A stretch of 64,000 bases of DNA from positions 51,294 through 115,293 of the forward strand of contig JBHLJY010000007.1 in the NCBI GenBank assembly GCA_048887225.1. The letters run 5' to 3'. A program made the position numbers and the translations under genes. Below are positions 58,241 to 64,000 of the stretch, piece by piece (positions within the stretch are counted from its first letter, which is position 1; every line of letters starts with the position of its first letter). Below the pieces are notes generated by a model. The model did no database searches and had not been told where the DNA came from. It was given only the letters and a program-made list of their open reading frames with translations. Source of the stretch: Candidatus Hodarchaeota archaeon (GTDB lineage Archaea; Asgardarchaeota; Lokiarchaeia; Sigyniarchaeales; SOKP01).

Positions 58241-58636
58241 ATGGTAGACAAGAAAGAGGAAAAAGAAAAAAGCCCCTTAGGAAGGATTGAGCCCGAATTT
58301 AAATTCGATGTTGGCACAGTTGTATTCTTTTTTATTGGATCAATTATTTCTTGGTTGAATATGTTATTGATTTTTGCGTTCATGGAAGTTTGGGCTTTTT
58401 TATCTATTATTCTTATTTCAAGCATTCCAGGAATAATTGTTGCTTATAAAAACAGGTATTGGGGTTATGGATTTATGTTTGGATATTCTATGGCAGGAAT
58501 TCCATTTATGATTTTTGTTGATTTGTTTATAGGAGGCTATGTTTTTGCAACAGCATTATTTATTTTTATAATCATGTGGCTGGTGTTTTGGAAAACGTGG
58601 AGATCTCTTTCGGCAATTAAAAAAGAAAGCGAATAA
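58241..58636 (+). CDS. small 4-TM membrane protein
   Basis: 131 aa with a charged N-terminus and then four hydrophobic segments. It lacks CrcB motifs. Confidence 0.55.
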   Translation: MVDKKEEKEKSPLGRIEPEFKFDVGTVVFFFIGSIISWLNMLLIFAFMEVWAFLSIILISSIPGIIVAYKNRYWGYGFMFGYSMAGIPFMIFVDLFIGGYVFATALFIFIIMWLVFWKTWRSLSAIKKESE

Positions 58637-58651
58637 AATTGAGTACTAAAT

Positions 58652-58870
58652 TTATAAGAAGATCAGTTTCTTGCATTTCACGCATTTTTTTCCTTCTTCC
58701 TTTGCTTTTTTCGCACACTCTAAACAATATTTTGTTTTACAAGCTGTGCATTGATAAATATCTCCTTTCAAATCTCCTTTATGGAATAGACAAAAATTCT
58801 CTCCAATTTTCTCGTATTTAGGAGGTAATACTGGAGGAGGGGGTATTTCTTTATTACTCATAATTACCAA
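58652..58870 (-). CDS. small zinc-finger protein with 8 Cys/His ligands and N-terminal poly-proline stretch
   Basis: 72 aa. It starts with IPPPPVLPP. The ligand pattern is C-x2-H-x11-C-x2-C-x4-C-x2-C-x10-C-x2-C, which is two-zinc, RING/B-box-like spacing. An ATG at 58861 is an alternative start. Confidence 0.5.
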   Translation of the reverse strand: MVIMSNKEIPPPPVLPPKYEKIGENFCLFHKGDLKGDIYQCTACKTKYCLECAKKAKEEGKKCVKCKKLIFL

Positions 58871-58882
58871 ATTTAATTATTT

Positions 58883-59359
58883 CTAACCTTTTTTATTATA
58901 AATTGGAATATCTTCGATATCGACTTCAATCACCTTCATGATTGCCTTGAATTTTTCTTTAATAGACAGAATTTTAGTAGCGTCTAAATCTTCTGCAATA
59001 ATATAAGTCTCATAAAAACACTTTTCCATTTCGTAGCAGAGACCGGTTGTATGTAAAATATCTTTACTTAAATCTAGTTCTCTTAACACGCTAGATATCC
59101 CTTTCACTAGATCTGGTGAAAATTCAGTTAATTTTATTAGAACTTTTTTAATATTACTTGTTTTCGTAGGAAAACAGCTTGTTTTAACCACATCTTCTCG
59201 AGAAATGAAAATCAATAAATAATAAGGAGTTTCTGAAATTTCTTTTAAAACTTCTTTAGGAAAAATAGAATTCCTTAATTGGTCTCTATTTATTATCAAA
59301 CCTAAAGAAATTCTATTCTTTTCTTTGCTTTTATCGCTTTCAATTCCCATATTAATCAA
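58883..59359 (-). CDS. hypothetical protein (possibly ACT-like C-terminal half)
   Basis: 158 aa, same strand and 12 nt upstream of the zinc-finger gene. No firm motif. Confidence 0.45.
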   Translation of the reverse strand: MINMGIESDKSKEKNRISLGLIINRDQLRNSIFPKEVLKEISETPYYLLIFISREDVVKTSCFPTKTSNIKKVLIKLTEFSPDLVKGISSVLRELDLSKDILHTTGLCYEMEKCFYETYIIAEDLDATKILSIKEKFKAIMKVIEVDIEDIPIYNKKG

Positions 59360-59576
59360 TACTTATTATAATGTATTAAACAAATTTGTTGAATAAAATA
59401 TTTAATTTTTATAATTTTTTAATTGTTACTTATTTTTTTATTGAAGAAAAAAACATCATATCACCGAGATAACGTATGTATTTTTTATAAAAACTGTTTT
59501 TTTTTCTTTTAAAGAAAGAGATTTTACAAAGAAAAGCTAAAAAAATAACTATATTAATATCTAAGATCGATAGATT

Positions 59577-60080
59577 ATGTCTTTAAGATGGAAAAACGAT
59601 TATATGGAAAACTTTGGATTTAAACATAAACAATTAGAATTCAACGATAATAGATTTCACGCGATTTATTTCGTAGATAGTGTGACAGGTGCTTTACTTT
59701 TAAGTAATAGATATTCAGATAACTCTCCCGGAATATCTAAAAATTACGACGATTTAATTGGCAGTTTTTTGAACGCAATAAACATGTTTATTAGAGAAAT
59801 TAAAAGCAATAAAGACGAAGAAATTCAAGAAATAAATTTTAAAAAAACGCGAATCATTTATGAGAAGAGAGGGCGATTAATTTGTATCGCAATTTCTAAA
59901 AAAACCAATCTCCAAACTGAAAGACAGATCATTCACGAAATTATGAAAGATTTTTATTATAGATTTGAACATGAGATAAATGAATTCAAAGGTTTCATTG
60001 AACCTAAAATTTTAGATTATAAAACCCGATTAAAATACCTAAATTTGAACTCCTTAGTCTCGTTCAATAAAAATATTTAA
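59577..60080 (+). CDS. small longin/roadblock-like protein (inferred fold), function unknown
   Basis: 167 aa. Pattern FHAIYFVDS / ALLLSNRY / DDLIGSFLNAINMFIREI / IQEINFKK / TRIIYEKRG / LICIAISKK / TERQIIHEIMKDFYYRFEHEI fits beta-beta-alpha-beta-beta-beta-alpha. Confidence 0.45.
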   Translation: MSLRWKNDYMENFGFKHKQLEFNDNRFHAIYFVDSVTGALLLSNRYSDNSPGISKNYDDLIGSFLNAINMFIREIKSNKDEEIQEINFKKTRIIYEKRGRLICIAISKKTNLQTERQIIHEIMKDFYYRFEHEINEFKGFIEPKILDYKTRLKYLNLNSLVSFNKNI

Positions 60081-60089
60081 AAAAAAGCG

Positions 60090-61427
60090 TTAACTCTTTC
60101 TGTGTTTTTTTAGTTGATCTAACCATTTTTCTAAGTCAGTTTTAGTTGTTTCGCGTTCATCTGGTTCACGTCCGATTTTTTTTTGTTCAATTTTTTCAAT
60201 CTCGGATTCGAGTTTTTCACCTATTGCTTTTACATCAGCTTTCAAACTTTGCCGTTTTTCGTCCAATTCACGTTGTTTATCTATTCTAAAGGCTTTTTCC
60301 CCAACTGAATGAGTTATAGCTTTAGCTGAAGTTTCCATATCAGGTTTTAACTCTTTAAGTTCAGTGTCCCTCTCTCTTTTTTTGTCAATCATGAATGCTT
60401 TTTCACTGACAGACTTACTTATGGCTTCAGCAGTGCTCTCTATTCTTGGTTTCAATTCTTTAAGTTGAATATCTTTTTCTCTTTTCTTTTCAATCATGTG
60501 AGCTTTTTCTTCGATTGATTTACTTATTGCTTTGGCAGATTTTTCCATGTCCGGTTTTAATACTTTGCGTAGAGTATCTCGTTCTTTTTGTTTCTCGATC
60601 ATAAAGGCTTTTTCGCCGATAATTTTGTTAATCGCCTCGGCAGATTTCTCAATTTCAGGTTTTAATTTCTTAAGTTGAATACTTTTTTCCCTCTGTTTTT
60701 CGATCATAAAAGCTTTTTCTCCGACAGATTTTCTAATTGCTTCAGCGGTACTTACTATTCTGGGCTTCAATTCTTTAAGTTGAATGTCTTTGTCTCTTTT
60801 CTTTTCAATCATATAAGCTTTTTCTTCGATTGATTTACTTATTGCTTCGGCAGATTTTTCCATGTCCGATTTTAATTCCTTGCGTTGAGCATTTCTCTCT
60901 TTCTTCTTTTCAATCATAAAGGCTTTTTTGTCGACAGATTTGCTAATTGCTTCCATTGATTTTGCTATGTTTGGTTTCAAACCTTTAAGTTGAGCGTCTC
61001 TTTCCCTCTGTTTTTCGATCATAAAAGCTTTTTCGCTGACAGATTTACTTATAGCCTCAGCGGTGCTTTCTATTCTGGGTTTCAATTCTTTAAGTTGAAT
61101 TTCTTTTTCTCTTTTTTTGTCGATCATATATGCTTTTTCTCCAATTGATTTGCTGATTATCTCGGCAGATTTTTCAATGTCTGGTTTTATTCCTATACGT
61201 TGAAGATCCTTTTCTCTTTTTTTATCAATCATAAAAGCTTTTTCGCCAATAGATTTTTCTATTTGTGTTTTACTTTCTTCGAAAGATTTCTTTCTTCGTT
61301 CTTCAGTTTTTTTTAAATATTTTTCTCTCTCCTCCTTTTCTTGTTTGAATAGATCTTCAATAATTTTTTTCTGTTTTTTGACGTCTTCTGGATCTAATGG
61401 TTTTTCATTTTCTTCCATAAAATTCAC
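60090..61427 (-). CDS. repeat protein: ten tandem 35-aa Lys/Glu-rich helical repeats
   Basis: 445 aa. The motif (E/S)KA(F/Y)MI(D/E)K recurs at residues 61, 96, 131, 166, 201, 236, 271, 306, 341 and 376, an exact period of 35. Confidence 0.75.
   Translation of the reverse strand: MNFMEENEKPLDPEDVKKQKKIIEDLFKQEKEEREKYLKKTEERRKKSFEESKTQIEKSIGEKAFMIDKKREKDLQRIGIKPDIEKSAEIISKSIGEKAYMIDKKREKEIQLKELKPRIESTAEAISKSVSEKAFMIEKQRERDAQLKGLKPNIAKSMEAISKSVDKKAFMIEKKKERNAQRKELKSDMEKSAEAISKSIEEKAYMIEKKRDKDIQLKELKPRIVSTAEAIRKSVGEKAFMIEKQREKSIQLKKLKPEIEKSAEAINKIIGEKAFMIEKQKERDTLRKVLKPDMEKSAKAISKSIEEKAHMIEKKREKDIQLKELKPRIESTAEAISKSVSEKAFMIDKKRERDTELKELKPDMETSAKAITHSVGEKAFRIDKQRELDEKRQSLKADVKAIGEKLESEIEKIEQKKIGREPDERETTKTDLEKWLDQLKKHRKS
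60228..61280 (-). repeat. coding tandem repeat, 105 bp unit, organised in 315 bp (3-unit) super-repeats
   Basis: DNA segments about 315 bp apart are near-identical. One example is ttcaatcat(a/g)t(a/g)agctttttcttcgattgatttacttattgctt(c/t)ggcagatttttccatgtcc at about 60490 and about 60800. Protein units 2-3-4, 5-6-7 and 8-9-10 correspond. Confidence 0.85.
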
Positions 61428-61544
61428 TCTTATAAAAAAAGAAGGTCCTTAGTTATAATTATAAGACCTTGATTATTATAATTTTCTTATTGAAAATTAA
61501 TTTTATAAAAAAATTAAAATGAACCAATATTGCTTTCAAAACTC

Positions 61545-62297
61545 TTATTTATTTATTGGAAGAGGTTCAAATGATTCATCTATAGAATCCATTAAACTCA
61601 AAACAGTAAGTCGCATTGCCAGCATTTCTTCAACTTCTTTCATTAATTTCTTATACGATTCTGACTCCTTTGATAAATTATACTCACCAACCAGTTGATC
61701 ATAAGTTTCTTTTAACTGTAATTTTAAAGTGTCTTGACTATCTAAGCTAAGTTCTTGAATTTCAAGCCAATTATCAATCTCTTTCTTTATTTTAATTTCA
61801 TTTTCATCGTTTAAGATATAAGAAACCTCTATTTCCTCATAATCCTTAATTTTGCTGAGATAGTCTTCATCTGAATACATTGGTTTAAGTAATAATCCGA
61901 GATTAATAATTAAAGGCTGAAGCTGTAATTTCTCTAAGGAACGGGAAAGAAAATTAAGGATTTCTTCTTTTTGTGATAGATTAGAATAGGTAATATATTC
62001 CTGAACAAATCTCATAAGTGAATTTTTTATTAATAACTCGTCGTAGTCTTCTAAATTTTCAGCCTTTATTTCTAAAGTTTTTTTTATACAAATAAAAACA
62101 GAATTCATAAAGGGTTTTATTTCTTTAAACATAGCAAAATTAGTTATAAAATTAAATGTTTTACCTAAGACTTTTGATTTTATATCCTCCGATTCCGATT
62201 TAAAAGTATAGTTTACAACTTCCTCCAGATCAAATCTATCATCAGGAATTGATAAAAAGCTTTTTATCTCGGAATATAAAGATCTAAGTTCAGTCAC
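61545..62297 (-). CDS. hypothetical acidic helical protein
   Basis: 250 aa, E/D/L/K-rich. It sits on the same strand between the DUF362 gene and the repeat-protein gene. Confidence 0.5.
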   Translation of the reverse strand: MTELRSLYSEIKSFLSIPDDRFDLEEVVNYTFKSESEDIKSKVLGKTFNFITNFAMFKEIKPFMNSVFICIKKTLEIKAENLEDYDELLIKNSLMRFVQEYITYSNLSQKEEILNFLSRSLEKLQLQPLIINLGLLLKPMYSDEDYLSKIKDYEEIEVSYILNDENEIKIKKEIDNWLEIQELSLDSQDTLKLQLKETYDQLVGEYNLSKESESYKKLMKEVEEMLAMRLTVLSLMDSIDESFEPLPINK

Positions 62298-62394
62298 TAC
62301 AATTAAAGTAATAGTGTATGCTTTTTTATAATTTTTTTTATAAAATCTCTATGAATTCATTTTAAAAATTGATTTTAAAAACTTTTTTATTTTA

Positions 62395-63744
62395 TTACAA
62401 AGGCATTAATGCTTTACTACCATGTTTTTTAGCGGCTTCAAGGAGAGCCATTGCCTCTTGAATTGGAATTGACTCTGGAACTAAATCAAATACGTTCATA
62501 CCCGATAATTTTAGCGTAGCATTAACAGTTTCAGCTAGATTATTGCAATCCCCAGTAAAAAAAATCTTTTTTTTACCAAATTCTTTTTTCATTTTTTCAC
62601 CAATTTCATCGATAGCGCAATAACCTGCCACGAGACCTTTTTTATATCCTTCAGCTTTTAATTGATCTACAAGATCTTCGTCAAATCCTTTCCCCATTAT
62701 AAGAAACCACCCACCTTTAAATTTTTCGGGATAATCATAAGCAAGCAACTGTAAAATAGTTAATGGATTGTTCTGACAACCTTCCCTACATATTAGTTCC
62801 TTCCCTTTTACGATTTTAACGTCTTCTGGAAATTCTTGTAATAGATCCCAATCATATTTTTCTTTGAACTCTTCCAAATCTTTCCCTATTACTTTGATTT
62901 TACTTAAATCTCCTTCACCTAATCCTCGCTCGTGGGCTATTTTCAAATGAGGAATTTCGTCTATAGTTAAACCAAAAGCTCTTCCACCAATGACATCAAC
63001 AGCTAACGTGTCTCTTCCTCCGATTAATATGTTAAATTGTTTAACGAGTCGATCTTCCCAGGCAGTCGGAGGATAATGCCCGTGAGTGGTCCCTTCAATT
63101 CCATCGATAATTGTTATATCCGGTTTAATGTATTCATACACATCAATCAATTTTGAATGCAAATTATAGTTGTGATCTTTACCCCGGTCTTCATGTTGGG
63201 GATATCCCCATTGATTCTTTATGCCAAGTGTAACTCCTGCCATTGAATGAGTTTTAAGTTTTGGCAAGTTGATATAAGTTATCGAATCTCTATTTTCCAT
63301 AATTTTAACAATTGTCATAGGTAATCTAAAAGTCTTTAAATTGTATCCTTTAGGATCGTCTTTTGAAGATGGTTTTCCCTTGAACTCGAAGGTTTTAGTA
63401 TCTTCCTCGTCTAAATATATGATTTTTGCTCCTGCCTTTTTACAAACTTCCTTGTAACCTGTAATTGCGAAGACAATCCGCGTCATGTTTGATTGAGTGC
63501 TATTTTCCATAACATAAACTTTTGCACCAAGATTATTTAGGTATTTTATAACAGCCTCTAAAACTTCTGGAGAGGTATAAGCATGTTTCTTAAAATCTAT
63601 ACCATTTACTTTAATGTAGACTTCTTTTGAGCTTTTCAGGATGGGTTCTCCAGATTTCTCAATATTGGAAAACATTTGACCTACAGCAGGTTTAATCCCT
63701 TGTTTGGTATCAACTAAATATACTTCTGTCATTATTATAGTCAC
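62395..63744 (-). CDS. DUF362 domain protein with C-terminal extension
   Basis: 449 aa. The N-terminal KEVYIKVNG..., VYVMENS, LPKLKTHSMAGVTLGIKNQWG and IIDGIEG are typical DUF362 blocks. Confidence 0.65.
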   Translation of the reverse strand: MTIIMTEVYLVDTKQGIKPAVGQMFSNIEKSGEPILKSSKEVYIKVNGIDFKKHAYTSPEVLEAVIKYLNNLGAKVYVMENSTQSNMTRIVFAITGYKEVCKKAGAKIIYLDEEDTKTFEFKGKPSSKDDPKGYNLKTFRLPMTIVKIMENRDSITYINLPKLKTHSMAGVTLGIKNQWGYPQHEDRGKDHNYNLHSKLIDVYEYIKPDITIIDGIEGTTHGHYPPTAWEDRLVKQFNILIGGRDTLAVDVIGGRAFGLTIDEIPHLKIAHERGLGEGDLSKIKVIGKDLEEFKEKYDWDLLQEFPEDVKIVKGKELICREGCQNNPLTILQLLAYDYPEKFKGGWFLIMGKGFDEDLVDQLKAEGYKKGLVAGYCAIDEIGEKMKKEFGKKKIFFTGDCNNLAETVNATLKLSGMNVFDLVPESIPIQEAMALLEAAKKHGSKALMPL

Positions 63745-63852
63745 CTTAATTTCATCTAATGCAATATAATAAAAAATATTATCAATAATTCAAGGAACCT
63801 TTTTTATTTTATTAGAATTAGAATTAAATTAAAGAAATAAAATGTGTAAATT

Positions 63853-64000
63853 ATGCCATTTTTCGAATATAATGGAAAAAAGATATTTTATCAATTTAGT
63901 GAAAAAGAAAAAGAGAGAACTATTATTTTTATTCACGGTTCAGGAGAAAACTCACACATATGGAAAAAGCAACTTAATGACCTAAATCTTAATTATAACC
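63853..64000 (+). CDS. alpha/beta hydrolase, 3'-truncated by the window end
   Basis: MPFFEYNGKKIFYQFSEKEKERTIIFIHGSGENSHIWKKQ is a typical N-terminus with the HG oxyanion motif. Confidence 0.5.
   Translation, partial: MPFFEYNGKKIFYQFSEKEKERTIIFIHGSGENSHIWKKQLNDLNLNYN

Noticed and set aside
60228-61280. Regular 105 bp periodic repeats might be taken for a CRISPR-like or satellite array.
   Set aside because: The repeats are contiguous with no unique spacers. They stay in one open reading frame for 445 codons and vary mostly at synonymous or conservative positions. This is a coding tandem repeat.
1-64000. Looked for CRISPR arrays, IS elements, transposases, integrases, prophage genes, rRNA and tRNA genes, and long direct or inverted repeats that bound an island.
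   Set aside because: None recognised by eye. The GIY-YIG gene is a stand-alone catalytic domain without homing-endonuclease context. The methyltransferase has no mobility genes nearby.
1-64000. Apparent abundance of TTG/GTG starts in the ORF track (for example 90, 7485, 19409, 20307, 25506, 57675, 58870, 59359).
   Set aside because: This is mostly an artefact of longest-ORF calling, because an ATG lies a few codons downstream in these cases. Only 43801 (kinase), 17112 (eL38), 47144 (M24) and the problematic 15769 and 43285 appear to need non-ATG initiation.

Overview
Visibly AT-rich (roughly 30% G+C by eye, not computed), gene-dense archaeal chromosomal segment with about 70 genes on both strands. 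Archaeal housekeeping markers are present: thermosome, TBP, CDC48, Alba, Pth2, TruD, archaeal-type AspRS and ArgRS, MetAP2, deoxyhypusine synthase, and eL38/eL40. These are interleaved with eukaryotic-signature genes: five Rab/Ras-like small GTPases, a profilin-like protein, two V4R (Bet3/TRAPP-fold-related) proteins, three small longin/roadblock-like proteins, and a JAMM/MPN+ protease. Together these point to an Asgard (Lokiarchaeia-like) genome. I recognised no rRNA, tRNA, CRISPR array, transposase or integrase. The most interesting observations are: (1) a GTPase-V4R-GTPase cassette that occurs twice about 10 kb apart in opposite orientation, once with a thioredoxin and once with a DUF296/PPC protein; this is a candidate GTPase-regulator module. 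(2) A ~119 nt GC-rich island with a perfect 10 bp terminal helix, two internal hairpins and a T7 run, which is a candidate unclassified structured RNA. (3) A 445 aa protein made of ten 35 aa repeats, organised as 315 bp super-repeats. (4) A MoxR-type AAA+ / zinc-ribbon membrane protein / TraB-like 664 aa protein trio. (5) A Tes/GDGT-MAS-like radical SAM enzyme. (6) Two conserved small genes missing from the ORF track (eL40 and a zinc ribbon). All functional calls come from motif recognition by eye; no database search, alignment program or RNA folding program was run.
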